Shown here: piece by piece, positions 51,143 through 64,000 of the stretch
Layout of the letters: each line of letters opens with the position of its first letter
How positions within the stretch are numbered: the first letter of the stretch is position 1
Assembly (NCBI RefSeq): GCF_006345805.1
Contig: NC_043000.1
Location: 14,570,001 to 14,634,000 of the forward strand
From: Octopus sinensis
Lineage: Eukaryota
Direction: 5' to 3'
DNA: 64,000 bases
The notes under the pieces: model-generated
Database searches by the model: none
What the model was told of the DNA's origin: nothing
Seen by the model: the letters and a program-made list of their open reading frames with translations, nothing else
Made by a program: the position numbers and the translations under genes

Positions 51143-51724
51143 ATTTTTTTTGATATTTTTGCAAAAGCGAATACACAGTGTTTAGTGGATACCTGTCCTT
51201 CCTAATAATAACAACCATTTAACTGTGTCACAAACACACTAACGTAAATAGAAAAAACATGTTCCATGCTTCAGTAAACAGTTTAATGTAGTATGGCATG
51301 TTCTGTGTCTTTATTTGTTAGTTTATAATTAGCTTTCCTTGAATTTTATTAATCAGTTTAAAGCCAGGGTCAAGGCTTTCCATGTGAGCTTATTTTAGTT
51401 GAAACTAAAACTTGCTCAATTTGACCCTGGCACATACAAAGTTTGTTTGAAGAAAAACTTGTTCTAAATATTAACAAATCTAATTACCTCTATAAAGATA
51501 ATTAAATTGTAATTTCTAAATCAAATCCCCACATAATGCAGATTATATAACCAAATACATTTTCTTTATAAAAAGTTTTGCATAATCTGTTTCACATTAT
51601 TCAACAATGAGTTAGATAAGTGTACAAGTTTCAATACGTAAGGGCAGGCTTGCTTTAATGTGTTTTACAGCCAGTGACTCTTCTAAACAATTGCTTACAT
51701 GGTTCTTAAAGATTGTCATATGTA

Positions 51725-52290
51725 TTAGGTTGTCCGGAAAGTTTGTGCCAATTTATAGTAGCTTACCTTTCGACTTATTTTAGAACATGGTTGAGTCCAT
51801 AAAATAGGATTTGACTACACCTCCATTTAAAGCACAGTTTAAGCTGTCTTTTCATGGAAGAAGGTTTATGTTCCTATAACCTGTGTTAATTCTGTAACCC
51901 TTTAAAATGGAAGATAAGAAAGTTCGTTTTTAGCACTTGATGCTTTGGGAACCAGACAAAAATTGCTGCAACTCGGCTGGGATGTGTTACCCCACCCTCC
52001 ATATTCACCAGATATTGCTCCTCTGGATTTCCACTTATTCAGGTTTCTGCAGAATAGTCTTAATGATAAAAATTTCAATTCTCTGGATGACGTAAAAAGA
52101 TACCTTGATGAATTCTTTGCCATGAAACCACCTCAATTCTGGGAAGAGGGTATTTTCAAGCTAAAGGAAAGATGGAGACGCATTTTGCAACAAAATGGTT
52201 CATATTTGGTTGATTAAAAATGTAATGGCAAGCATTTATTGACCTTTTTCTTTCCTTTAAAAATCAGCACGAACTTTCCAGACAACCCAA
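51725..52290 (+). mobile_element. Internally deleted mariner transposon
   Basis: About 30-bp imperfect TIRs (ttaggttgtccggaaagtttgtgccaattt / aaatcagcacgaactttccagacaacccaa), TA flanks, transposase C-terminus LGWDVLPHPPYSPDIAPLDFHLF...KLKERWRRILQQNGSY. Confidence 0.93.
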
Positions 52291-52639
52291 TATTTTAACC
52301 CTTTAGCATTCAGATTACTCAAATCTAATGCTTAGATTCTAAAGCAGATCAAATCTAATGCTTATCTGTTCACATTGTTTTAAATCGATCATGCACTGTC
52401 TAATAGCTTCAAGATTTCAAAGATGTAATTGTTTATTTTTAGAATAACATTATAAGGTAGATGGCAGAGGCCAGATCTGGCCAGTTTGAACATAAAACAG
52501 ATAGAATATTTAGGCTGGATATGGCTGGTTTGAATACTAAAAGGTTAAATAAATAAGAAAAACAGGAGCATTTCAGATCAATAATCAAGTATTGTTAATC
52601 ATTCAGTCATTTGTGTTTTGGTACAAAATTGTGGTTTAC

Positions 52640-52811
52640 CTTTTTGAAACATCTGGCAAGACTGGAGGTTTCGATGCAAGCAATGTAACAAGCCAGTACT
52701 GCAGTTGTATAGTCTTGAATAAAATGACATTCTTCTGATTCCTGTATCAGAGATAGAAGTTTCTCAGAAGATGCCTCAATCTCCTTTACCAACTTATGCC
52801 GGTCGATGGGT
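52640..52811 (-). CDS. THADA: THADA-family exon 2
   Basis: ctcttcag|A CCC ATC; PIDRHKLVKEIEASSEKLL...SLARCFKK; donor AAG|gtaaa; phase 2 in, 0 out. Confidence 0.8.
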
Positions 52812-52937
52812 CTGAAGAGAATTGAAACAAACAAAATATCGTTATTATAGTGAGATAATGGTTTCCGTTGCTTATGATCATAAAGAAACAAAAAATCAGA
52901 CTTTGCATATATGCATATGCACTCATATCAGACTTAC

Positions 52938-53047
52938 TTAGCATGGAGAACATCCCAGACTGAGTTGGCATAATCTTTGATAAGCTTTTGCAACACTGGA
53001 TTCCCAGCAACTTTGGTCCTGGCACTCTCTAAATGGTGCTGGTCCAT
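52938..53047 (-). CDS. THADA: THADA-family gene, first visible coding exon (exon 1 of 24 in window)
   Basis: ttttttcag|GA ATG GAC CAG... encodes MDQHHLESARTKVAGNPVLQKLIKDYANSVWDVLHA, donor AA|gtaagt. The acceptor at 53050 implies an unlocated upstream exon, so the ATG is only a probable start. Confidence 0.7.
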
Positions 53048-53427
53048 TCCTGAAAAAATAAAAAAAGGAACAAAATCAAATATATAATTAAAACTAACTA
53101 CAGAATGTATTTTGTCTTCTTTAAAAAAAAAACCCCAAAAAAACCTATAGTTATGTCAACATGATTAAGGATTTGTGGAACATATAGAATAAAGTCAATG
53201 GCAGGAGGTGCTGCGTAAGTGGTGAAGAGTGGGTACATTAGTGATGTATAAGGAAATATGGACAAATGATTTATGAATGAAATATGAGAGAATGTGATAC
53301 AGGAGTAGTAAAATACATGATGCTAATAGATAGATATTGGTAACAGATTTGCTTCCATTAATTTTTTTTATGTTTGCATGAGTTGAAAAATTATGAGGGA
53401 ACAGCCTGCTTGTGAAATTAACATACA

Positions 53428-53885
53428 AGTAGTTGAACACTCCACAAACATACATACCCTAAAATTAGTTCTCAGGGAGATTCAGTGTGACACAGAACGT
53501 GGCACTTTGAATTACTGATACAGCTCATTTGTGAAATAGAGTATCTTGCTCAAGGACACAACATGTCACCTTGAATCAAATTCCTGACCTGACAATGGTG
53601 AACCTGATATCCAAACCACAAAGCCACATGCCTTCACATAAGAGCAATTATCTTTAAGTAGTTGAACAATCCACAAACATACATACCCTAAAATTAGTTC
53701 TCGGGGAGATTCAGTGTGACACAGAATGTGGCACTTTGAATTACTGGTACAGCTCATTTGTGAAATAGAGTATCTTGCTCAAGGACACAACATGTCACCT
53801 TGAATCGAATTCCTGACCTGACAATGATGAACCTGATACCCAAACCACAAAGCCACATGCCTTCACATAAGAGCAATTATCTTTA
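53428..53885. repeat. Tandem duplication (2 x about 229 bp) of a SINE fragment
   Basis: agtagttgaac...gagcaattatcttta occurs twice, starting 53428 and 53657. Confidence 0.9.
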
Positions 53886-56800
53886 ACATTAAATGTAAGA
53901 ACAATTATATTTAACAGCTGGATGACCTTCCTGCCAGTAATCACTCAACTGTGAAGTAAGTAGGAAGTGAAACTTGTTTCTTTTGCTCAGTCAGGTTAAC
54001 TGGACCAAGCAGAGTCATGTGCCTTGCTTGGAGTATTGGTGGTGGGACACAATAGCATGGCTACAATAAAAAGTTTTAAATACACAGTCATTTGGTTAGT
54101 AGGTAACTCCACCATTTTACTCTCATGGTGTACTTTTACTTCCATCAAAATTAGGTGGTGAATGAAATTAATTCTGAGCAATGAGGTAATGACACATAAT
54201 TATACAAAATCTGAGTAGTTGAAAGTCTGTGAAAACAGAAGGGAGCATAAAGTGATGGAGGAGGGGCTGAACTGAACTAAATATGACCAGTTTGTGTATC
54301 AGGTTCCAAAGTGAGTAATGGGTATCTTAACCTATTTCTTTACTACCCACAAGGGGCTAAACACAGAGAGGACAAACAAGGACAGACAAATGGATTAAGT
54401 CAATTATATCGACCCCAGTGTGTAACTGGTACTTATTTAATCGACCCCTGAAAGGATGAAAGACAAAGTCGACCTCGGTGGAATTTGAACTCAGAACATA
54501 GCAGCAGACAAAATACCTATTTCTTTACTACCCACAAAGGGGCTAAACACAGAGAGGACAAACAAGGACAGACACATAGATTAAGTTGATTATATCGACT
54601 CCAGTACGTAACTGGTACTTATTTAATTGACCCCGAAAGGATGAAAGGCAAAGTCAACCTCAGCGGAATTTGAACTCAGAACATAGCGGCAGACGAAATA
54701 CCGTTTCTGCCAGCTCGCCCTTAACCCTTTTGATACAACGTAACTGTGACTGCCCTTGGATACAAACTTCTTGTTTTAACCTTTCAGCCTTCAGGTTATT
54801 CTGTCAGATGTTATGCTGATTTGAGAAGGTGCATGGCTCTGTGGTTAGAGCATCAGAAAGAGTGGATGTTAAAAAATGACAATGATGATGAGGTTTTAAA
54901 TTTTGGCACAAGGCCAGCAATTTTAAGGGGAGGTGGCTTGGTGATTTCACTGATGTTAGTGCTCAACTAGTACTTATTTTATTGACTCTAAAATGCTGAA
55001 AAGCTAAGTTGACCTTGACAGGGCTTGAACTCAGAATGTAAAGAGTCAGACGAAATGCTGCTAAGCATTTTGTCTGATATACTAACAACTGAGTCAGGTT
55101 GCTGCCTCAACTAATAATGCATATAACAATATCAGTGATTTTGAATGGAGAAAGCAATTAATTAAAATGACGCTAATACATGACTTCTTGATTTGGTGCA
55201 TTAATTTAACAGCTTTGGAAAGATGATAGGCAAGTTGACCTCAGCAGAACTTGAACCCAGAACTTAAAGTGCAGGACCAAATACTGCATGGTATTTTGTC
55301 TGACATGCTAATGATTTTGCCAAATAATAATTTCTTGTACAGATGCCACTGCAACTGCTACCACCATCACCATCATTTTGGCTCTAAGCCAGAAATTTTG
55401 GAAGAAGACAAGTGTTTGATTATATCTTTCCCAGTACTTGAATGGTATTTTATTTTTATCAACTCCAGAAGGATAAAAAACAAAGTGAACCTTGGCAGGA
55501 TTTGAACTAAAAATGTCAAGAGCTGAAACAAATAGTGCAAAGCACTTTGCAGACACCCAAATGGTTCTGCAAATCTACCACCCTGATGTAAGAATTTCTG
55601 AAATAAGCACTAGAAAATAAGGCTAGAAAAATTAAGGAGGGAACAATCTGTTTATTATACTCTTTACTCTTTTACTTGTTTCAGTCATTTGACTGTGGCC
55701 ATGCAGGAGCACCACCTTTAGTCGAGCAAATCGACCCCAGGACTTATTCTTTGGAAGCCTAGTACTTATTCTATCGGTCTCTTTTGTTGAACTGCTAAGT
55801 TACAGGAACGTAAACACACCAGCATCGGTTGTCAAGCAATGTTGAGGGGGACAAACACAGACATACAAACATACACACACACACACACATATATATATAT
55901 ACATATACATGACGGGCTTCTTTCAGTTTCCATCTACCAAATCCACTCACGAGGCCATAGTAGAAGACACTTGCCCAAGGTGCCATGCAGTGGGACTGAA
56001 CCCGGAACCATGTGGTTGGTAAGCAAGCTACTTACCACACAGCCACTCCTGCGCCTTAAAAATTTTGACACAAGGCCAGCAATTTCACGAGAGGGGCTAA
56101 GTTGATTATATCAACCTCACGGCTCAACTGATACTTATTTTATCAACCCCAAAAGGCAAAGTTGACCTTGGAAGGATTCGAACTCAGAACATAAAAACAG
56201 GTGAAATGCCTCTAAGTACCCAGCATGTTAACAATTCTGCCAGCTCACTGCTTCAGCCTGTTGTTTTATTAATCCTAATATTTCACTGGTACTTTATTTT
56301 GTCAAATCTAACGCAGTTGACTTTGCTGGTATTTGAACTTGGGAAATAACTAAATACCTCAAGACACTCAGTTACTCTACTAATCTGCCAATCAACCACC
56401 CTTTAATATAACAATAATGATGATGATAATAATAATGATGATAATAATAATAAGAAGAAGAAGAAAAAGAAAGCATAGGAATACTAAAAATGATAATGAT
56501 GATGGTGGTGATAATGATTATAATGATGATGATCTTGCGAGGAATGTGTGAGACATTAAGTTCCTTAATACAAATGGTTTGAGCAGGTTGGTGGTGCTTG
56601 CATGAAGAACACATTTCTTTCTTTCTTTTCTTTTTTTTTTTTTTTTTTTTTTTCTTTGACTGTAGATTCAGATTTGCAATGGCAGCAATTTACAGACTCT
56701 GTAACACTCCACCAGTTTCTTAACCGTCAGCATTCAACTACAGAAATGAATCTTTCTTTTCCTTTTAACTGTTTTTTTTATTTTTTATTTTTTTTTATTT

Positions 56801-57417
56801 TTCTTTTCTCCCCGTTTCTGTTTCTATTCAGTTAATATTACAGTCCAGGAAAATCTACTGCTTGTTGTTGGCATAATGTCTTGATGAGTCATACCTCTAT
56901 GATGTAACTCAGTATGAACTAGGAGCCAACATTTAATATATATATATATATATATAACTCACATTATTCAACATTAACCACATTCCTCTCAAATTTCTCA
57001 GTTTAACATCTTTTCTACATATGTGGATAAAAATGCATTAATACCAAAAACCATTTTTTTACATAAGTTCCATTTTAGATTCTTTGCACCAAAATTCCGA
57101 GAGGTTTTGCTTTAAGAACTCTTTATCTCAATACTTCCAGGAAAGAAAAAAAAAAACCATAATAAAAATCATAATACATTTTCTGTTTTTTAATTTAGAT
57201 AATTGCTTCAAAACTGTTGAAGTATTTTTACAGTTGTTTACTCTTATTACAGCTAAATCCAAGGATTAATAACAATTTTCAGCTCAACAGTCTAAATCAA
57301 ACAGAGTAATTCTCTGACTTGTCTAGAAACAACGCAATGGCTGTAATACGGTTTAGCCTCATAATCTTTTGATCCATATTGCAACATTTACACATCTAAC
57401 AAAATATCATAACTAGA

Positions 57418-57877
57418 AGCACTGATGCTGGTGCCACATAAACAACATATGTAAAAAGTAATGGTGATAGCACCACGTAAAAAGTACTGATGATAGTGCC
57501 ACGTAAAAATCACTGGTGATGGTGCCATGTAAAAAGTACGGGTGATGGTGCCACATAAACAGCACTGGTGATGGTGCCACGTAAACAGCACTGGTGATGG
57601 TGCCACGTAAACAGCACTGGTGATGGTACCACATAAACAGCACTGGTGATGGTGCCACGTAAACAGCACTGGTGATGGTGCCACGTAAACAGCACTGGTG
57701 ATGGTGTCACATAAACAGCACTGGTGATGGTGCCACATAAACAGCACTGGTGATGGTGCCACATAAACAGCACTGGTGATGGTACCACATAAAAAGCATT
57801 GATGATGGTACCATGGAAAAAGCACTGATGATGGTGGAATGTAAAAAGCACTGGTGATGGTACCATGTAAAAAGCAT
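57418..57877 (+). repeat. 26-bp minisatellite, about 17 units, followed by RTE-tail core
   Basis: Unit ccacataaacagcactggtgatggtg; continues into tacactctgtaaagtggttggcattag (57878-57960). Confidence 0.92.
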
Positions 57878-58859
57878 CTAGTACACTCTGTAAAGTGGTT
57901 GGCATTAGAAAAAGCATTGAGCTGTAGAAAATAAACCGAAAATGGAACCTGGTGCAGCCCTGATCATCGCAGATCAGAAGAAGAAATATTAAAGATGATT
58001 GGGTGAATAATTAACAAAAATTTAAATAGTGCTGCTGCCACAGCTGAGAACAGGCATGATGAGAAACCTCTTTTGAAAGGTGGGCTTCATGAGACATACT
58101 TCATCATTAGTTGGACAGCACAACTGAAAAAGCAATTCAAGGTAACTTTTTTGTTAGGTGTGCCATTCAGAAGGTTCTGTAACCTGCACGTCACTCATGA
58201 TTGGCTTAACCCTTTAGTATTTAAACAGGCCATATCCAGCCCAAATATTCTACCTGCTTTATGTTCTAACTAGTCAGATCCAACCTATCACACCTACCCT
58301 TCAATGCCATTCTAGAAATATACAACCTCATCATGAAAACTTTATAGCTACAAAATAAAGTATGATTAATTATAAACAATGTCAATGAAAAAACATTACA
58401 TTTGACAAAATAATCTGAATACGAAAGGGTTAAGATAATATTAGGCAGTGGCATTATAAGGAAACAAATGACTGGAGTTCATTAGGTATAATAAAACAGT
58501 GATGGAATCAAGAAAAAAATTACAGAACACACACTGTTGTTGTTTAACATCCACTTTTCTATGCTTGCATGGGTCAGGTGGAATTTGTTGGGGCAGATTT
58601 TCTACAGTTGGATGCTCTTCCTGTTGCCAATCCTCACCTATTTCCAAGCAAGGTAACATTTCCTCATGGCTAGTTATGTTGTTCATGGAAGAGTGAAAAC
58701 TAACAACCTCGCTTATATGACAATGATGATCATTTACAACCATCCCAAAACACAAAACTGGAGTTTGGACAGCTCCCGGCTGGCCAACTCCGCCCTAATT
58801 GTTCAAGCCATGCCAGCATGGAAAATGGATGTTAAATGAAGATGATGATGACTGGATAA

Positions 58860-59403
58860 AAGTGTGGATGTGTGGCTGTATGGATAAAAAGCTTGCTCCC
58901 AAACCATGTTGTCTTGGCTTCAGTCCCACTGTGTGGTACCTTAGTCAGGTGTCTTCTACTATAGCCCATGGCCAGCCAAAACCTTGTGAGCAGATTTGGG
59001 GGATGGAAACTGATAGGTCTTTGTATGTGTGTATGTATGATGAGTGGGGATGTATGTATGTATGTGTGTGTGTGTGTATATATGTATGTATGTATGTATG
59101 TGTGTATGCATGCATGTATGTATGTATGTATGTGTGTATGTATGTGTGTATGTCTGTGTGTGTGTTTACCTTTCTCTAGATGGTTGTAAATGATCATCAT
59201 TGTCATACAAGCAAGATTGTCTGTTTTCACACTTCCATGAAGAACATATCTGGCTATGGAGAAAATGTTACCTTGCTTGGAAACAGGTGAGGATTGGTAA
59301 CAGGAAGAGCATCCAACTGTAGAAAATCTGCCTCAACAAATTCCACCTGACCCAGGCAAGCATAGAAAAGTGGTTGCTAAATTATGATGATGGTGATGAT
59401 GAT
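58860..59403 (+). mobile_element. SINE family A head with an RTE-type 3' tail (A-prime), representative copy
   Basis: Same head as family A, tail ggaagagcatcc...gcatagaaaag...gatgatg. Also about 5070-5480(+), 27270-27635(+), 30805-31220(-). Confidence 0.8.
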
Positions 59404-59709
59404 GAGAGGAGGATATACAGTGCTGTACAGTTTAAACATTAACTATTCAACAAGTGCAGCTATGTTTGCTGTGCACCTCTTCCACAACACCATTCCATAT
59501 GCCAAATAATTGACCTAATATTAACCAAAACAAAATGAAATTTTTCCCTACATATGTAGCAAGTTGTTAATATTTTGGCAACAATTATAGCAGCCAGTAT
59601 CTGAAATAAATTATGTTGCTATATTATTATGTTTAAAAACATATTTCTGCTGCATTTCATTTTTTTTTAGAAATAGATTTTGATTACATACAACCAGTGC
59701 CTCACTCTT

Positions 59710-60946
59710 ATCATCATCGTCGTTTAACGTCTGCTTTCCATGCTGGCATGGGTTGGACGGTTTGACTGAGGACTGGTGAGCTAGAAGGCTGCAATCTGAT
59801 CTGGCAAAGTTTCTACAGCTGGTTGCCCTTCCTAACACCAACCACTCCGAGAGTGTAGTGGATGCTTTTATGTGCCTCTGGCACAAGGGCCAGTAAGGCG
59901 GTACTGGCAACGACCACACACAAAAGGTGTTTTATATGTGCCACCTGCACGGGAGCTAGTCCAGCAGCACTGGCAACAACCACACTCGAATAATGCTTTT
60001 TATGTGCCACCAGCACGGGAGCCAGTCAGGGGCCCTGGCAACGAACACATTTTGGATGGTGCTTTTAACGTTCCACTGACACGAGTGCCAATCAGGTGGT
60101 ACTGTTATTGGCCACGTCAGCGATTTTGGTTTCACTTGCCTCAACAGGTCTTCACAAGAAAAGTTTATTGTCCAATGAATGAAGGGTACTCATAAGTGGG
60201 CTGGTTATACACCAATGGCACAGGCCATGAGTTATGGTTTCACTTGGCTTGTCGGGTCTTCTCAAGCACAGCATATCTCAGTGAGGTCCAATGTTCGAAG
60301 GTCGTGCTTCACCACCCATCCCAGGTCTTCCTGGGTCTACTTCTTCCACAGGTTCCCTCAACTGCTAGGGTGTGGCACTTTTTCACACAGCTGTCCTCAT
60401 CCATTTGCAACACATGACTATACTAGCGCAGTCATCTCTCTTGCACACCTCATCTGATGCTTCTTAAGTCCAACTTTTCTTTCAGGGTGCTTACACTCTG
60501 TCATGAATGCACACTGACATTACACATCCAGCAGAGCATACTGGCTTCATTCTTTGCAAGCTTATGCATGTCCTCAGCAGTCACAGCTCATGTTTCACTG
60601 CCATGTAGCATGGCTGTTCATACACATGCGTCACACTGTCTACCTTTTACTCTGAGCGAGAGGCCCTTTGTCACCAGCAGAAGTAGGAGCTCTCTGAACT
60701 TTGCCCAGGCTATTCTTTTTCTAGCAGCTACACTTTCAGAGCACCCCCACCCCCTGCTACTGACTTGGTCACCTAGGTAATGGAAGCAATCAACTACTTG
60801 TAGTTTTTCTCCCTGGAATGTGACAGAAGCTGTTCTCTGCACATTTTTAGTGTTTAATGCTCCTGAGCATTTGCCACATACAAAAACTATCTTCCCAGTT
60901 AGCCTTCCTTTGATATTGCTGCACCTCTTATGTGTCCATAGCTTAC
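59710..60946 (-). mobile_element. Second 5'-truncated RTE LINE copy, older and more degenerate
   Basis: Reverse complement follows 16080-17340 (QGEKLQVVDCFHYLGDQVSS, IAWAKFRELL); stops and frameshifts; (GAT)n tail at about 59710. Confidence 0.88.
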
Positions 60947-63024
60947 ATCATCGTTTAGCGTCCGCTTTCCATGCTAGCATGGGTTGGACGGTTCAACTGG
61001 GGTCTGGGAAGCCAGAAGGCTGCACCAGGCTCCAGTCTGATCTGGCAATGTTTCTACGGCTGGATGCCCTTCCTAACGCCAACCACTCCATGAGTGTAAT
61101 GGGTGCTTTTTAGGTGCCAGACGAGTATGGCAAACGGCCACGATCGGATGGTGCTTTTTATGTGCCATCGGCACAAGGGCCAGGCGAGGCTGGCAACGGC
61201 CACGAACGGATGGTGCTTTTTACGTGCCACCGGCACGAGGCCAGTCGGGGCGGCGCTACAGGTGCCAGACGAGTCTGGCAGAGTTTCTGAATATTAAAAT
61301 AGCTGGCTACAAAACACCAACATTTTATAAAACAAAAATATTATTTAAAAAAAAAATCTGGATTTCATAGCTTTAGTAGTTTATCTAAATAGAAACTTAA
61401 CCCTTTTGAATTCAGATTACTTAGTCAAATGTAATACTTACCTATTCACATTGTTTTGAATCAACCATGTATTATCTTGATGTGATTGTATATTTTTAGA
61501 ATGAAATTTGAGGGCAGGTGTAAGAGGTTAAATCTAACCAGTTTGAACGTAAAACAGGAAGAATATTGGGACCAGATATGGCTGGTTTAAATGCCAAGGG
61601 TTAAAGAAATCAAGCAAATAAACAAACTGGATGAAAAAAGTGGCATGTAGTTTATTGGTGGTTGGATATGCTTGCAGGGTAATAATAGTAGAAGTACACT
61701 ATAAGAATATCAAATAATGTTGGTTTCTTTTAGGGTTAGACAGGAAGGCCTTTATCCCAAAAAGGAAGATGAGATCAGATATGTAATGTTTGTATCTTTC
61801 CAGGGGTGTATGATTGAAATAAACTTGTTCATCAACTGGAAATTGAAACCAGATAATCATCTTGACTTGTCAGGTGAATAGGTTTCGAACCATGCAGCTC
61901 ATTAAGAATATCAAATAGCTTTGTATCTGAAACAGGGGTCAATTCGATGACCTTTCTATTCTTTAATTTAGAAATTTAACCACCCCACCAGGTAGCTTAA
62001 TAACGTAAGTGATAAGTATCATTTCTGAACAACAATACAAGGAAGATATCATATATACATACATACAGACATACGTAAATGAAGGCAAGTGACCTATTAG
62101 TTAGATTACTTGATCGTGGGTTCAATTCCCATACTAGGTGGCATGTTGTACTCGTAAGCAAAACACTTCATTTCATGTTGCTCCAGTCCACTCAGCCGTA
62201 AATGATTAAGCCTGCAACAGAAAAGTCTTCTGATCAGGGGAAATGTTGGCCTGCATACCTAGGCAGTGGGGTGGCATCATCCAAAGAGTAAGACAATGCA
62301 AAGTGCATTGTGACCAGTGATGTATAACAACATCTAGTCAATACCATGATACAGTGACACACACACACATATATATAATTGATGTAAACAGCTAGGTGCA
62401 ATGTGATACCATAAAGGAAAAATTCAATCATCACTAAGTGTGACTAAGGATGCCGAAGCACCTACATTGCTAGAAATAAGAGTTAAAATGCTTTTAATGC
62501 TGTAAGAGGAGCACAAATATATATATACACATGTATATATATCTCTTATTATAAAAGGCAGATTTTTATCTGCCTTCCTTTGTCAGTTATAGAAATCTAC
62601 AATATAGGATTTCTTCAATTACAATTTACCTAGCATTTTTAAGAGTAGAATGCATCGAGTCATGCCAGGTCCAGTTTTTAAAATTTAAACTCCAATTAAG
62701 CAAAATTTACAGAAAACTCACATTCTGGTGTGTATGTCAAATGCTTTTCTTAATGTGGTTTACACCACACGCACAGTGTGCAATGAATAAAATGAAAGTA
62801 ATTCACTGTGTGTGTGTTGACAGGTAGACAATAGAATGTGATGGCGATGGCGATGTAATATTTGTTTCTGTCTATCACGCTGATAGATACATGAGTAAAA
62901 TGTATGGCAAGCTAAGAGATAAGAGTGAGTGAAAATGTTCTTGGAAGAGAGTAAATAGCGAGAGTGATTTGAGGAAGACTTTACATTCAATAACCGTAGT
63001 GGCTTGTATATATATATATATATA

Positions 63025-63295
63025 CATACATAAGACAGTAAGGTGTGATTTGAGGGAGATTTGGCTGCTATTTCTACCATGTCTAGCTGCCATGTAGGGG
63101 TCTCCCTCATAGGCTCATACATACATTATACATAGATAAGACAGTAAGGTGTGATTTGGGGGAAATTTGGCTGCTATTTCTACCAGGTCTAGCTACCATG
63201 TAGAGGTCCCCCTCATTGGCTCATATATATATACATACATAAGACAGTAAGGTGTGATTTGAGGGAGATTTGGCTGCTGTTTCTACCAGGTCTGT
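63025..63295. repeat. Three tandem copies (about 110 bp) of a repeat fragment
   Basis: taagacagtaaggtgtgatttg.ggga.atttggctgct.tttctacca occurs three times. Confidence 0.85.
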
Positions 63296-63657
63296 TAGGC
63301 CTTCTCATGTAAACTCAAGCTTTCTCATGCCTTGAACATAAGACCAAAGCAGAGAATGTATTCTTTTATTCTTCTGCTTTTTCCAGCCATTGGTCTGTGG
63401 CCATGCTGGGGCAATGCCTTGAAGAATTGTAGTTTAATGAATCAACTCCAGTTTTATTTTTGTAAGCATTGTACTTATTCTATCTGTTTCCTTTGTCAAA
63501 CCACAAGGTGACAGGGATGTAAACAAACCAACATTCGTTGTCAAGCAGTGGTGGAGGACAATCACAAGCACAGACACGCACACACACACACATACATGCA
63601 GACACATATACACACATACATACATACATACATATATATATGGTGTGTATATATATA

Positions 63658-63977
63658 TGCAGCGTGGAAGGTGTTTGTAAGCCATTTAAGAAACACACAA
63701 AAACCGTTAGATTCACTTCAACATTTAAATTTAATTTGCCAAAATATTTTCCTCGCTTTGAGACCGCGACCTGTTCACTGACAAAAATATCGTGCTAACA
63801 GGTCGGGTCTCAAAGCGACGAAAATATTTTGACAAATTAAATTTAAATGTTGAAGTGAATCTAACGGTTTTTGTGTGTTTCTTAAATGGCTTATAAACAC
63901 CTTCAACGCTGCAACTGTTTTCGTTCCAGCACACGATCTCAGATCAAGTCACTTGCTATGCAAGTACATCTCTGTAA
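63658..63977. repeat. Palindromic repeat family, copy 3
   Basis: Inverted arms around 63780-63795, embedded in (TA)n on both sides. Confidence 0.9.
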
Positions 63978-64000
63978 CTATATATATTATATATATATAT

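Noticed and set aside
57388-57917. HHHQ/APSPV-repeat ORFs, and similar ORFs at 11441-12073
   Set aside because: Translations of the minisatellites with no splice or expression support.

Overview
Eukaryotic, repeat-saturated genomic DNA. The SINE/LINE/microsatellite content looks like an octopus (coleoid cephalopod) genome, which is an inference from repeat recognition. One protein-coding gene is supported: a minus-strand THADA/Trm732-family gene. I reconstructed 24 GT-AG exons by hand from 53047 down to position 1. They join in phase into 3696 nt (1232 codons) with no stop, include the DUF2428 RRSAGLP motif, and run off the left edge. Introns and the 11 kb upstream region hold several tRNA-derived SINE families, RTE and CR1 LINE fragments, a deleted mariner, several MITE types, minisatellites and long palindromes. 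The most notable candidate is a palindromic repeat family (3 copies) that folds into a minimal type I hammerhead ribozyme with the core C3-G8 pair swapped to G3-C8. Two other hammerhead-like, Penelope-type relics lie nearby. No tRNA/rRNA genes or CRISPR arrays are supported. Exon and TSD coordinates were counted by hand; SINE/LINE boundaries are approximate.
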